This document shows positions 9,969 through 20,206 of a DNA stretch of 42,491 bases, piece by piece; position 1 is the first letter of the stretch, and each line of letters begins with the position of its first letter. Under the pieces are notes generated by a model. The model worked only from the letters and a program-made list of their open reading frames with translations, ran no database searches and had not been told where the DNA came from. A program made the translations under genes and the position numbers. Source of the stretch: Rikenella sp. (GTDB taxonomy: Bacteria > Bacteroidota > Bacteroidia > Bacteroidales > Rikenellaceae); assembly GCA_029054535.1 (NCBI GenBank), contig JAIDFC010000031.1, positions 1 to 42,491 of the forward strand, read 5' to 3'.

Positions 9969-10802
9969 TTATAACTTATCTTGTAGATACCGGTTAAAAA
10001 TGTCGCGATTCACTTGCCTACGCTCCCTATCGAACACCCAGCCATATTTATTGAAATAATAGACAATCGATTTTACATGAACCCACAATAGTTTAAGATT
10101 ACGATAAGATTCTTTATTATGAGCATGTACGATTGTAATATCGGGGAAAAAACGAGTTGTCCAACGATCCGAAGTGTAGATCCGCCGCGAGAGGTCTAGG
10201 TCTTCGCCATACATAAAGATGCGATCATCGAACAGTCCAAGCTCTCGTAATGTTTCCGTACGCAGAAACATGAAACATCCGGAACAAAACGGAACATCCA
10301 TCTCTCGGTCGTATCCGCTATCTCGCATCTCGAAACAGCGGTTGCGCTTTGCGGTGGAAGGCAAGAAACCCAGGAATCGTCGCCCGATCAAATCCATCGG
10401 CGTGGGCAATCGCTTACACAGGTATTGCAATCGCCCCTCCGGATAAATCACACGAGGCATCAGCCATCCGACCTCTGGATGATTGTCCATATATTCACAT
10501 AAGGTCTGAATGTCCTGTGATTGAAATTCGATGTCTGGATTAAGCACGATATGATATTCGGCACCGATCTCCAAAGCTTGCCGAATGGCGATGTTGTGGG
10601 CTGCTCCATATCCGACATTTCCTTGTCCGTGTATGTATTCGATTTTTGGGGATAAACCTCGTACGAGGTCGCCCAAAATTGGTTCGGACGAGTTATCGAC
10701 CACATAAATACGGTCGACCGCAGAGTCCACAGTACAGGCTATAACGGTCCGCAGTTGTTCCGGATCGGTCTGGTAGGTTACTATACTAGAGGTAATTCTC
10801 AT
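9969..10802 (-). CDS. Glycosyltransferase family 2 (WbbL-like putative rhamnosyltransferase)
   Basis: SIVTY, VVDNSS, NVGYGAAHN, LNPD, SGCFMFLR and FMYGEDLDLSRR motifs. ATG 10802 overlaps the upstream TGA. Confidence 0.9.
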   Translation of the reverse strand: MRITSSIVTYQTDPEQLRTVIACTVDSAVDRIYVVDNSSEPILGDLVRGLSPKIEYIHGQGNVGYGAAHNIAIRQALEIGAEYHIVLNPDIEFQSQDIQTLCEYMDNHPEVGWLMPRVIYPEGRLQYLCKRLPTPMDLIGRRFLGFLPSTAKRNRCFEMRDSGYDREMDVPFCSGCFMFLRTETLRELGLFDDRIFMYGEDLDLSRRIYTSDRWTTRFFPDITIVHAHNKESYRNLKLLWVHVKSIVYYFNKYGWVFDRERRQVNRDIFNRYLQDKL

Positions 10803-11395
10803 ATCCGGCACCATGATTGTAAAGTTCGATCATAGTATTTCACCGAACAAGCAGGTTGCCCGACAGCGATAGTTTCCGCCGGTATATCTTTCGTAACGAC
10901 CGAGTTGGCTCCGACAATCGCACCGTTTCCGATGGTTACACCAGGTAATACAACAACTCCTTCACCAATCCATACATTATCGCCTATTCGGACAGAAGCA
11001 ATACGATAAGGCCGTTGAATAGGAGGAATGTTCGGATCCGTATCGTCCGCTGTACCTTTGTAACAACCGTGCGAGTTGTCCGAAATGTAGATATGTCCGG
11101 CCATCAGAACATTATTCCCAATCGTAACCTCGTGCATGGCACAGATATGCACATAATCGTTCAATTGCACTCGATTACCAAGATGCAAGGTTTTTGTCCG
11201 TCCATCAGGTGAAAACGCTTCCAATCGACATCCTACGCCGGTGGTCAAGTTTTTTCCCAGATCAATATAACGTTTCCCTCGAATATCGAACGGAAAACGA
11301 ATGAGTCGGGCCTGACGACACAACAATTTGGTACGCAGGAGCCACCAGGCCAAACGTAATTTCGCGATGAAACTATATGAGTTCTTTATTTGCAT
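10799..11395 (-). CDS. Hexapeptide-repeat (LbH) polysaccharide O-acetyltransferase, WbbJ-like
   Basis: ISDNSHG and VRIGDNVWIGEGVVVLPGVTIGNGAIVGANSVVTKDIP hexapeptide repeats. Confidence 0.9.
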   Translation of the reverse strand: MQIKNSYSFIAKLRLAWWLLRTKLLCRQARLIRFPFDIRGKRYIDLGKNLTTGVGCRLEAFSPDGRTKTLHLGNRVQLNDYVHICAMHEVTIGNNVLMAGHIYISDNSHGCYKGTADDTDPNIPPIQRPYRIASVRIGDNVWIGEGVVVLPGVTIGNGAIVGANSVVTKDIPAETIAVGQPACSVKYYDRTLQSWCRI

Positions 11396-12201
11396 AATTT
11401 TCTGTATCGGGATATGATCCACCGTCGGATAAATTTAGCGATGGAGAAACTAACGGCAAACAGATAATACCCCAAAGATATATACTTGAACTTATAAGCA
11501 GTATGTATATTATACAGTTCGCCTTGTTCCATTTTGAGCAAATTGCCGGACAGTCCGCTCTCACCCCACCGAGCCTTATCAGTAATGGGTTCTGCTACAT
11601 TTTTCTGCATAAAAACAGCATGGCAGAGATAACTAACATTATTGAAAAAGAAACCTTCCTCGGCATATCGGAGTTCCTCATTGAACATGCCTGCTTTTTC
11701 GATTACATGGTGGCGAAAAATAACAGTCGGAGGCGAAAAATAATTTTTGGACACTTGTGCCCGAATAGTAATTCGAGTAGTTTCCCCTAACCGAATCAGA
11801 GAACCTTTCTGAAAATTATCAGATCCATAACCACACCCGAGCAGGTCCACTTCCGGATGTGCTGCCATGTATTCCATTTGGAGCGCAATTTTTCCCGGCA
11901 ACCATCGGTCATCCGAATCGTTAAAGGCGATGTATTCACCTTGAGCAACCCGCAAACCTGCATTACGCGCTGCTGCAGCACCCCCATTTCGTTGCCGAAT
12001 CAGCCGAATCTGCTTCTTGTACGGCGATTTGTCCAAGTAGTCTTGCACACAGCCAACCGAGTCATCCATTGACCCGTCGTCCACCAAAAGCAGTTCCCAG
12101 GAGTATGGATTCCCAGCACATTCACGGACCACAGAATCGACAGACTCCTCTACGGTGGTCGCTGAATTATAGATGGGAATAATTATTGATATGTCAAACA
12201 T
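11386..12201 (-). CDS. Glycosyltransferase family 2
   Basis: ISIIIPIYNS, VDDGSMD, NGGAAAARNAG and FNDSDD motifs. Confidence 0.92.
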   Translation of the reverse strand: MFDISIIIPIYNSATTVEESVDSVVRECAGNPYSWELLLVDDGSMDDSVGCVQDYLDKSPYKKQIRLIRQRNGGAAAARNAGLRVAQGEYIAFNDSDDRWLPGKIALQMEYMAAHPEVDLLGCGYGSDNFQKGSLIRLGETTRITIRAQVSKNYFSPPTVIFRHHVIEKAGMFNEELRYAEEGFFFNNVSYLCHAVFMQKNVAEPITDKARWGESGLSGNLLKMEQGELYNIHTAYKFKYISLGYYLFAVSFSIAKFIRRWIISRYRKLCK

Positions 12202-13289
12202 TATCCGAAAACGGTTTTATAAGGTACATAAAGGTCGTAATAACCACCGGTCGTAACAGTGTACAACCGAAGAGCAATATACGCGAAAGATACCAGAATA
12301 GCAAACAAGCGTAACGGACGACCATTAATCGATCGAATAATATACGGAAGTATAATGATCTGCAAGATATCGAACGAATAACCCAACCGAGCCAAACCTG
12401 CACTGATGGTGATAGTCATCAAAAATATAACCGCTCCCAACCAATACAAATTCAAATATCCCCGAAATTCCGGATACTTTCTTTCGATACGTTTAACTAC
12501 AATAAGGGCTACAACAATCAATAAAAGTTTACTGAAAAAAGCTTTGGCAATAATAATCGGCATGGATTGGCTTAGCCCAAAAGTCTCACCACGCAATTCA
12601 CCAGTATAAGCATCGATTTTCATCTGGATTGCCCCTCCGACTAAAGAACCGAACGATTGCATGATTGCATCGGCTACACCGGCAAGTCCGATAGCTACTA
12701 ATACTCCGAGAATCATGACCCACGCCGATATACGCCACTGATAAACCCAATAAGCTAACAAAAATATAATCGAAGAGCGATGAAACAGCGAGGCACTGAA
12801 CAAACAAATGACAAATGGCCAAAATCTTCGATCTCGAATAAAAAGAATCGAATAAAGCAAAATAGCACCCGCTATAGTCTGCCTTACGAAAAAGACACCT
12901 GCATAATTAATTCCAAACCAAAATAATAATGAAAAAATCGGATAAGGACTTAATCGCCAAATTGCCGTACTTTGAAACAAGAAAATAATCACTGCACAAA
13001 AGAATAACATCACTGTATATTCAGTTGTGATGGATTTAGTCAATCCAGCCAAAAAAGTATATCCGATTTCAAAGTTACTTTCCGGCATCCAAGTGTTAGA
13101 AGGAATCGACTGAAAAAAGGTAAGATACGCAGTCCAATCGGTACCTCGTTCCCACCGTAAAAACGACATGGCAAACAGCCCAAAGCAAAGCATGACATAA
13201 AGTTTCAGTACATCATGTCGCTTAAGGCCGTACAATTCGAGAAAACTATACAGTGCAATAATCAAGAATATGCCATAGTAAAATAACAT
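12201..13289 (-). CDS. wzy: EpsG-family polysaccharide polymerase (Wzy)
   Basis: Highly hydrophobic; LRWERGTDW..Y, FEIGY, VRQTIA, LFHRSS and C-terminal YVPYKT motifs. TAATG coupling at 13289. Confidence 0.8.
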   Translation of the reverse strand: MLFYYGIFLIIALYSFLELYGLKRHDVLKLYVMLCFGLFAMSFLRWERGTDWTAYLTFFQSIPSNTWMPESNFEIGYTFLAGLTKSITTEYTVMLFFCAVIIFLFQSTAIWRLSPYPIFSLLFWFGINYAGVFFVRQTIAGAILLYSILFIRDRRFWPFVICLFSASLFHRSSIIFLLAYWVYQWRISAWVMILGVLVAIGLAGVADAIMQSFGSLVGGAIQMKIDAYTGELRGETFGLSQSMPIIIAKAFFSKLLLIVVALIVVKRIERKYPEFRGYLNLYWLGAVIFLMTITISAGLARLGYSFDILQIIILPYIIRSINGRPLRLFAILVSFAYIALRLYTVTTGGYYDLYVPYKTVFG

Positions 13290-14461
13290 TACAACCAATT
13301 TATGGTACTTAACGCTGTTTTCAACTCTGCGCATAAGACCTCGGGGCTCATCTTATGGCGCAATTCGTCGAAATCAATCGCTGAACATTGTAACTCGCCT
13401 TGTCCGAGCTGTTCAATAAGATGAAGCAAGTGCGATGTATCCTCTGCCAAGAATCCAAAATTTCCATATTTATTGAATAAATACGAAAAATAATCATTCC
13501 GCAGCGAAACAATTGGCCGGGCCTTATCTACTGCATCCATTACAGCACCGCTGGCAATCATCCTGTAACTATCTGTCGGATAAAGAAACAATATATAATC
13601 AAGCCGTTCGATACGCTCCCGAAATTCTTCGTCTTCCAACGGAGCTATACCTTTATTGCAAGGTAAATCCACCCCGAAACGTTCCAACGGCTCAATATCG
13701 GCAAAAATACGACCTGTAACTGTAAGTTTTACCTTTTTCATAGCCTGAAGCCTCTCTGCCAACACACATAAAGTATCATATCCTTTAGCCTCGGTCAATA
13801 CGCCTACGGTTCCGATTTGCAACGGTTTATTCACTTCAACTCTCGGCCTTGTCGAACCAAAAATATAACTGTGATCGACCGAAATAAACCGTTCAGCCAA
13901 CTCCGGACTCACAGTTTGGCGAATATGGAATAAAATCGAATCTCCCATTACGACAAAATAAAGGCGTGATTTACGTTTAGAGGCCAAGAAGAACCTGACT
14001 GCTATTTTTCGTTGTAATTTAACGAAAAATCCACCCCAATTCTTCTTATCCAAAATGAATTCCATCTCGCCATGACAACAAATCAATACTCGCCGCTGGA
14101 ATATTCGACATAACCAATCCACGGCCAACAGAGAAAAAAGATTGTTGTAGTTGAATAACAACAACTTTTCCGCTCCGGCACACAAAACAATACGGATATT
14201 CTGGAACGCACTTAATAGAAGGCGCAATATGTTATTTATACGAGAAAATCCTCCCCCCCAAACCCATAAAGATTTATGATGAATCCGTGATCGATCGATA
14301 GAACACCGTTCCAACAGTTGATCCACCCGCTTCCGACTACTGCAACCACTATGGTATTCCACTCGATCATATACCAAAGCACACATCGTCAAAAGCGATG
14401 CGTTGAATTGTTCATGTATGGTGTGGTGCGAATAGGTGTCTATATACCGTATCGTTTTCAT
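13289..14461 (-). CDS. Putative GT-B glycosyltransferase (divergent)
   Basis: Operon position; GTVGVLTEAKG and YPTDSYRMIASGAVMDA..PIV segments resemble the GT-B C-terminal nucleotide-binding region. Confidence 0.65.
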   Translation of the reverse strand: MKTIRYIDTYSHHTIHEQFNASLLTMCALVYDRVEYHSGCSSRKRVDQLLERCSIDRSRIHHKSLWVWGGGFSRINNILRLLLSAFQNIRIVLCAGAEKLLLFNYNNLFSLLAVDWLCRIFQRRVLICCHGEMEFILDKKNWGGFFVKLQRKIAVRFFLASKRKSRLYFVVMGDSILFHIRQTVSPELAERFISVDHSYIFGSTRPRVEVNKPLQIGTVGVLTEAKGYDTLCVLAERLQAMKKVKLTVTGRIFADIEPLERFGVDLPCNKGIAPLEDEEFRERIERLDYILFLYPTDSYRMIASGAVMDAVDKARPIVSLRNDYFSYLFNKYGNFGFLAEDTSHLLHLIEQLGQGELQCSAIDFDELRHKMSPEVLCAELKTALSTINWL

Positions 14462-15351
14462 TAATCCGCGAATCTTTTACCTTTTTTGAGACGGTAACCC
14501 CACCGAAAAACAAAATTAGGCAACAAACTAATTATCAGGTGTTTGAATGAACGGCTTCCATAATTAACCACCATCGTTCGACACACATAGCAGCCGTATC
14601 CTTGAGCGACCACAGTCAAATTGAATGGCACGTGTTCGCACATCGCCTCAAACAAACGACTGCGGTGATTAGGTTGCGCACGATAATTGTGATCTTTAAT
14701 CACACCCCATTTATATACCCCGACCCCTCCAAAAGCGGATAAACACGAGACATACTCTTGGTTTCGGATTCGGCGTGTGATACGTTTGCTTTCAAAAAAC
14801 AATTCATCTTGCTTCTGATCCGGTTTATTTTCACATCCTTCAGGCACGTAGGCGTACAGATCAAAAAAATAAGGGAATTTCGAACAATAATAACGATTCC
14901 CATTGGCAAATAACCCTCCCCAATCGGATGGAGCTTTTTCGATCGAAGTAACAATCCCCTCCACCGAGAAATCCTGAACATCCACATCCACTACAATCAA
15001 ATAGTCCGGCTCCCAATCTAACGACCGCACATAATCCATGTACATATTCCGATAACAGGCCATTTTCTCAATGCGATGCAATGAAGTAGCCGGATTCTTA
15101 TTCTCTGTCGAAACCTGGGGAATCGTTACCGTACCAAAATCATTTATCACTGCCTCAACTCCCGGACTCCGTATCGCCCACTGTTTCAATGTCTCTTTCG
15201 TATCGTCTTTACTATCGTTCTCGATCACCACAACTTGAGACCGGACAAATCGACTCCGCAAAGATTCGATACGCGGGATATTGCGAATCAATGATTCATT
15301 GCAATCTCGTGCTAATGCGGCGATAACAATACTTTTCTCAATCATTAACAT
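14461..15351 (-). CDS. Putative GT-A glycosyltransferase, CAP59/GT69-like
   Basis: ALARDC, IENDSKDDT, RIEKMACYRN, VVDVDV (DxD), FDLYAY, SAFGGVGVYK and CEHVPFN motifs. Start is 15351 or 15345. Confidence 0.6.
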   Translation of the reverse strand: MLMIEKSIVIAALARDCNESLIRNIPRIESLRSRFVRSQVVVIENDSKDDTKETLKQWAIRSPGVEAVINDFGTVTIPQVSTENKNPATSLHRIEKMACYRNMYMDYVRSLDWEPDYLIVVDVDVQDFSVEGIVTSIEKAPSDWGGLFANGNRYYCSKFPYFFDLYAYVPEGCENKPDQKQDELFFESKRITRRIRNQEYVSCLSAFGGVGVYKWGVIKDHNYRAQPNHRSRLFEAMCEHVPFNLTVVAQGYGCYVCRTMVVNYGSRSFKHLIISLLPNFVFRWGYRLKKGKRFAD

Positions 15352-15417
15352 TTTTTGGGATGATGTATATGAAATATGCAGTCAGCGATTGAGTAATGAA
15401 CTCAATAATAACTTTTT

Positions 15418-16656
15418 TCAATCTTTGGGAAACTTCTTAATTAGGAACCGCTGATTCTCATAACGAGTCAACTCTGTCAGATTATTGAGCAATGCCATGT
15501 AGTACCGAATGCCGAACGTCTTCTTCACCAGACATAACAATTGTCGGAGCAAGATTACAAATCTTCCTTTCTTTGCCGTCTCACCGGGAGAAAAAGTCTT
15601 AAAAGCAGAACTCTTAATCCCACTCAATAATTTATTGGTTTGTAACAATCGATATATACGACTCTCTACAGCAAACGGATTAGGATCAGCAACTTTTTGT
15701 TCTAAAGAACGATAGATCCGTCGATGAATGGGCATAATATTTTCACCATTCTCAAACGAATTAAATGAATAGCATAATTTACTAAATTTATCATATCCAT
15801 TTCGGTATTCTGCCACCACATATTCATCGATCAACGGCTTGAATGACGGAAATTGTTCAATACCATACTTAGAATGCCTACGGTTGAGTACGGTAGGATT
15901 GAACGGGTCGAAGCCCGAAAAGTGGAAGAATAACAGCGGGAACAGTTCTTTCGATTCCGTATTCCGGATCATATATGTCCCCTCTGCTGTGATCTCCAAT
16001 TCCCGTTCGTGCAGGTTCCATATGGCAGGATTGATTCCCATATGATGGGTAATGTGTACATCGTTCGGGAAAAAACCAGGAACAAAATCAAGCCATTTCT
16101 GGTCTACATGCAATCCATCTATCGGATCAGCATAACATTTATTTTCCAGTCGATTACACCACCATTCGACGATTTTCCGCCCTACCTCATCGTTTTTTAT
16201 AGCCCCAAAACCTAAGTTGTAAATCCCTACCCACAATAATTCTTCTTCGGGTACGGAACCAGTATAGTCAATCTGAATATTACAATAATGCGGACTCAAC
16301 ACGATCGATTTAGCTTCAAGCATCGAAAAAACTGGTGTCAGGTCTGCCATGACATACATGTCCGGATCCAGATATATTACCCGATCATATCCGGCCTTGA
16401 ACAATTTAGCAAAACAAAATGGTTTGATCGAAGTTGAAAACTCAATTACACTATACTTAAAAGCCATTTGCCGCCAAGCCGGAATCCACTCCTCGTCCAG
16501 TTCGACCACCGAATCGGGCACTTCGGGTGAGTCTTTCAAGTCGGAGATGAACAGAAAGAAATCGACGTCCGGATTGTGCCGACAGACAGTCTCTTGGAGG
16601 GTCAATGCCTGCGCCAGATAATTTTTGGCGCAGATGGTAAATATCGCGTTTTTCAT
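15418..16656 (-). CDS. Putative glycosyltransferase (GT8-like GT-A fold)
   Basis: FTICAKNYL, YLDPD (DxD), GIYNLGF, DQKWLD and FFHFSG motifs. Confidence 0.75.
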   Translation of the reverse strand: MKNAIFTICAKNYLAQALTLQETVCRHNPDVDFFLFISDLKDSPEVPDSVVELDEEWIPAWRQMAFKYSVIEFSTSIKPFCFAKLFKAGYDRVIYLDPDMYVMADLTPVFSMLEAKSIVLSPHYCNIQIDYTGSVPEEELLWVGIYNLGFGAIKNDEVGRKIVEWWCNRLENKCYADPIDGLHVDQKWLDFVPGFFPNDVHITHHMGINPAIWNLHERELEITAEGTYMIRNTESKELFPLLFFHFSGFDPFNPTVLNRRHSKYGIEQFPSFKPLIDEYVVAEYRNGYDKFSKLCYSFNSFENGENIMPIHRRIYRSLEQKVADPNPFAVESRIYRLLQTNKLLSGIKSSAFKTFSPGETAKKGRFVILLRQLLCLVKKTFGIRYYMALLNNLTELTRYENQRFLIKKFPKD

Positions 16657-17489
16657 AGACTGCGTTGAGGTGTTTTTTTCCGCAAACCGTCATAAAAGCC
16701 CAAAATAATGGCTTTGAGTTTTTTCCATTTATTCTGTTCGCCCAAGATGATTTTTGGAATTCCTCGGATCAAAAAAGTGTGTACGAAAAAATCCTTTTGA
16801 GCAAATAATCGAGGATATTCTTTCCACATAATAACGAAATTCCGTGTTATGTGATAACACCGAAATGCCGAATAGTTAAGCGTATGGAATCCCCATCGTG
16901 TTTTCGTCAGATTTCCATATTGCTGTTGAAGTTCTATTTCGGGGATGATATATGTATTATATCCCTGTTCCTTAGCCCGATAACAGATCTCTATGTCCAC
17001 GGCATCAATGCCGAAATCCTCGCGAAATCCGTTTATCTCAAGTATTTTCTGCACATCGTACACGCTGCCGGAAGTAATGACATCCGGATAAAGAAACGGT
17101 TCGCAATCAGCCGGGACCAAATGATTCGGATTGACTCCGAATATCGCGCTCCGAGGGTTGGAATCTATCAGTTTTTCGACAATTGGAACCAGGTTCGTAA
17201 GTCGATTTGCAAAACGGCTATCCTGGTCCAAGGTCAATAGATGCGTATAGCCATTGCAGGCACACCATTCGAGGACTTTATTCAACGGTTTTGCGATAAG
17301 CAAATTTTCCCCGGTTCCCATGACCAGCACATCGTTCGGTTCGGTCAAACGCTCTAAGCTAGGTGTCCCTCCCGGAGTATTATCCCAAACGATCAATTGT
17401 CCGACACATTGTCGATAACTCTCCAAATTGTCGGCAAGTTCATTGAGATCGGGGTTATAAATTATAACAACAGCGGCTAATCTCATCAC
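16653..17489 (-). CDS. Glycosyltransferase family 2, rhamnosyltransferase-like
   Basis: VVIIYNP, VWDNT, LTLDQDS, VITSGS and GFREDFGIDAVDIE motifs typical of RfbF-type rhamnosyltransferases. Confidence 0.85.
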   Translation of the reverse strand: MMRLAAVVIIYNPDLNELADNLESYRQCVGQLIVWDNTPGGTPSLERLTEPNDVLVMGTGENLLIAKPLNKVLEWCACNGYTHLLTLDQDSRFANRLTNLVPIVEKLIDSNPRSAIFGVNPNHLVPADCEPFLYPDVITSGSVYDVQKILEINGFREDFGIDAVDIEICYRAKEQGYNTYIIPEIELQQQYGNLTKTRWGFHTLNYSAFRCYHITRNFVIMWKEYPRLFAQKDFFVHTFLIRGIPKIILGEQNKWKKLKAIILGFYDGLRKKTPQRSL

Positions 17490-18355
17490 AAAACACTGTA
17501 TAATACGGCGTTCAGAAGTTTAACCGAAGATTTTTCCGTTCTGAGTTTATGCCGAATAAACATACTTGTTAAGAACTCTGCTATAAACCCTTCGCCTCGC
17601 GCAAAAACTTTTTCCCTCATCGGATCGATCAACAGTTCTTTGTCCACTAATGATTTTTCGTGAGTCTGCAAAACATCAAATAGCATCGAAGCATACCGTT
17701 CGAATACATCTCGTCGCATGATGGTCATGTTTCCGTAGTACGATTCGTTGGAATGCAGGGAGGCTATGAAATCGGGAAAATAGTCGGGATATTTTCGGGC
17801 AATGATTTCTTGGACGAGTTCCATGATGACTTCGCCAAAGATATTTTTGAATAATATACCAAATTCAACGCCACTATGCTTTACAGGCTTAAGAGCATAT
17901 ACGGTATATTTCCCTCGAGCAATACTTCGGCTGATGTCGGTAGAAAATTCATGGGCCAAACGGAGGAAATCATTTTCACGATCGACATAGTGTGCGTTCC
18001 AATCCGTGAGCCAACCTCCGATATGTCGAAACGGCATCAGATAGATTGCCAAATAATATTTGATCTTCTCTATAAAATTTCGTCGTGTTTTCGGTCTTTT
18101 CATCGAAAATACTCTTCGATAATGGCACAGACCGATATAATCCGAATCCCGGTCGTTTTTCCAGGCCCAATAAGCGGCTGTCATTTCACAATAAAGCGGA
18201 TTTTTCCGACTGATATTGTCTCCGGTATCGTCGCCAATCGTTCCCGGAATATCGACTTCGGACAACGCTTTGCCTACGTGGATCGGACGATAGACCGAAC
18301 CGCTCACGATGGGCGCTGGCTTATGGTAAGCCACGTAGATAGTAACCTTGGGCAT
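17486..18355 (-). CDS. DUF4422 protein (WciB-like putative galactofuranosyltransferase)
   Basis: YVAYHK, PIHVG and DDTGDNISRKNPLYCEMTAAYWAWKN..DYIGLCHYRR motifs; directly downstream of glf. Confidence 0.88.
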   Translation of the reverse strand: MPKVTIYVAYHKPAPIVSGSVYRPIHVGKALSEVDIPGTIGDDTGDNISRKNPLYCEMTAAYWAWKNDRDSDYIGLCHYRRVFSMKRPKTRRNFIEKIKYYLAIYLMPFRHIGGWLTDWNAHYVDRENDFLRLAHEFSTDISRSIARGKYTVYALKPVKHSGVEFGILFKNIFGEVIMELVQEIIARKYPDYFPDFIASLHSNESYYGNMTIMRRDVFERYASMLFDVLQTHEKSLVDKELLIDPMREKVFARGEGFIAEFLTSMFIRHKLRTEKSSVKLLNAVLYSVL

Positions 18356-18363
18356 GACAATGC

Positions 18364-19461
18364 TTAAATGGTGGATTTGAGCTGCAACACCTGTTTAATC
18401 ACATGGTGCATGTCGAAATATTGATATTGGGCTAACCGACCTCCAAAAATAACATTTTCCTCCCCTGCAGCCAAATCGCTGTATTGTTTGTAGAGTCGAT
18501 CGTTCCGGGTATCGTTGATCGGATAGTAAGGTTCGGCCCCTTCGCACCATTCTCCGGGATATTCGCGGGTGATCACCGTATGAGGTTGAGTTCCGAACTC
18601 GAAATGTTTATGTTCGATGATTCGGGTGTAAGGGATTTCACGTTCCGTATAATTCACCACGGCATTTCCCTGAAAATTCTCGGTTTCCAGCCACTCCTCC
18701 TCGAACCGCAAGGTACGATAAGCCAGTTTTCCGAACCGGTATCCGTAATATTCGTCGATCATACCGGTAAACACCACCTTGTCGGCCAAAGTATCCCAGT
18801 CGCTTTTCCCGGCGAGATAATCGACTCCGAGCCGTACATCCGCCTTGGCGAGCATCTTTTCAATCAATACGTTATAACCTCCGACAGGAATCCCTTGGTA
18901 GGCGTCGTTGAAGTAGTTATTGTCAAAAGTCAAACGCACCGGCAGACGTTTGATGATAAACGGCGGCAGTTCGGTACAAGCACGTCCCCATTGTTTCTCG
19001 GTATAACCTTTGATCAGTTTTTCATAAATATCGCGACCGACCAACGAAATCGCTTGTTCTTCCAAATTTACGGGTGTTCTACCTGCCATTTCAGCGCGTT
19101 GTTCCTCGATCTTGGCCACTGCCTGAGCCGGAGTCCTCACCCCCCACATCTGGTAGAAAGTGTTCATATTGAAAGGCAGATTATAGAGTCTGTCTTTGTA
19201 AATTGCCACCGGCGAATTGATGTAACAGTTGAATTCCGCCAACGAATTGACATATTCCCACACTTCACGATCCGAGGTGTGAAAGATATGGGCTCCGTAT
19301 TGATGTACGTGAATGCCTTCCGCATTTCGACAATAAAGATTCCCGCCAATATGTTCGCGACGATCGATCACTAAGCACCGTTTCTCTTTTAATCCCGCTT
19401 GATGGGCAAAACAGGCTCCGTACAAGCCGGCGCCGACGATCAAATAATCGTATTGCTTCAT
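18364..19461 (-). CDS. glf: UDP-galactopyranose mutase
   Basis: YDYLIVGAGLYG, YGAHIFHT, GYTEKQWG, TRIIEHKHF, EPYYP and GGRLAQYQYFDM motifs. Confidence 0.97.
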   Translation of the reverse strand: MKQYDYLIVGAGLYGACFAHQAGLKEKRCLVIDRREHIGGNLYCRNAEGIHVHQYGAHIFHTSDREVWEYVNSLAEFNCYINSPVAIYKDRLYNLPFNMNTFYQMWGVRTPAQAVAKIEEQRAEMAGRTPVNLEEQAISLVGRDIYEKLIKGYTEKQWGRACTELPPFIIKRLPVRLTFDNNYFNDAYQGIPVGGYNVLIEKMLAKADVRLGVDYLAGKSDWDTLADKVVFTGMIDEYYGYRFGKLAYRTLRFEEEWLETENFQGNAVVNYTEREIPYTRIIEHKHFEFGTQPHTVITREYPGEWCEGAEPYYPINDTRNDRLYKQYSDLAAGEENVIFGGRLAQYQYFDMHHVIKQVLQLKSTI

Positions 19462-19463
19462 TC

Positions 19464-20192
19464 TTAAATCTTACTATACGTACTACCTGGAAATAAGGCA
19501 AGTATTTCATCCACTCGCGCACGATCCGAAACTGCGAACTCCGTTTGCTGTACCCCCAAGCGAATCCCTTTACCGATCCCTAAAGTATGGTATTGCAAAA
19601 ACTCAGGAGCCGGGAGCAAATACTTGGCCTGCAACTCGCGTAGTCGTTCTATATTTTCTTTTTGATCGGTCATCCCCGCAATCAGCACCATACGCAAAGT
19701 TGCAATCTTGGTACGAATATATGATAAGTTTTCTTCAAAATCAACCGTTCTATTATATCGAGCATGCAAAAACGGGTGCCCTACAAGTTTAATGTCTACC
19801 AAATAAAAGTCTACATACGGATCGATCTGTCGAATCGCGGGAAAAGGAACATAGAGCGAACTTTCAATACATATACCGATCTCTGCCTCCCGAAGTCGTC
19901 GGAGCAACGGAAGTAAACTTTCGGTTTGTAACAGCGGCTCCCCTCCGGAGAATGTTACTCCTCCGATCCGACCGTAATAGGCTCGGTCGGCAACCAATTT
20001 ATCGAACAATTCGTCGGTCGAATATCGTATAGCTACAGGCGTTCCCTCCTTGAATCGATCGGGCATGCCTAATTTAGTCTCGGGATTGCAACACCAAGGA
20101 CAGTCGAGCGAACACCCTTTCAAAAATACAGTGGTACGTATCCCCGGCCCGTCCTGTATACACAACCGCTGAATGGCAGTAACCTCAAGCAT
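19464..20192 (-). CDS. Glycyl-radical enzyme activating protein (radical SAM)
   Basis: DGPGIRTTVFLKGCSLDCPWCCNPE (CxxxCxxC), GGVTFSGGEPLLQ, DIK and YHTLG motifs. No auxiliary ferredoxin insertion. Confidence 0.93.
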   Translation of the reverse strand: MLEVTAIQRLCIQDGPGIRTTVFLKGCSLDCPWCCNPETKLGMPDRFKEGTPVAIRYSTDELFDKLVADRAYYGRIGGVTFSGGEPLLQTESLLPLLRRLREAEIGICIESSLYVPFPAIRQIDPYVDFYLVDIKLVGHPFLHARYNRTVDFEENLSYIRTKIATLRMVLIAGMTDQKENIERLRELQAKYLLPAPEFLQYHTLGIGKGIRLGVQQTEFAVSDRARVDEILALFPGSTYSKI

Positions 20193-20206
20193 GATTTTTC
20201 GGCATT

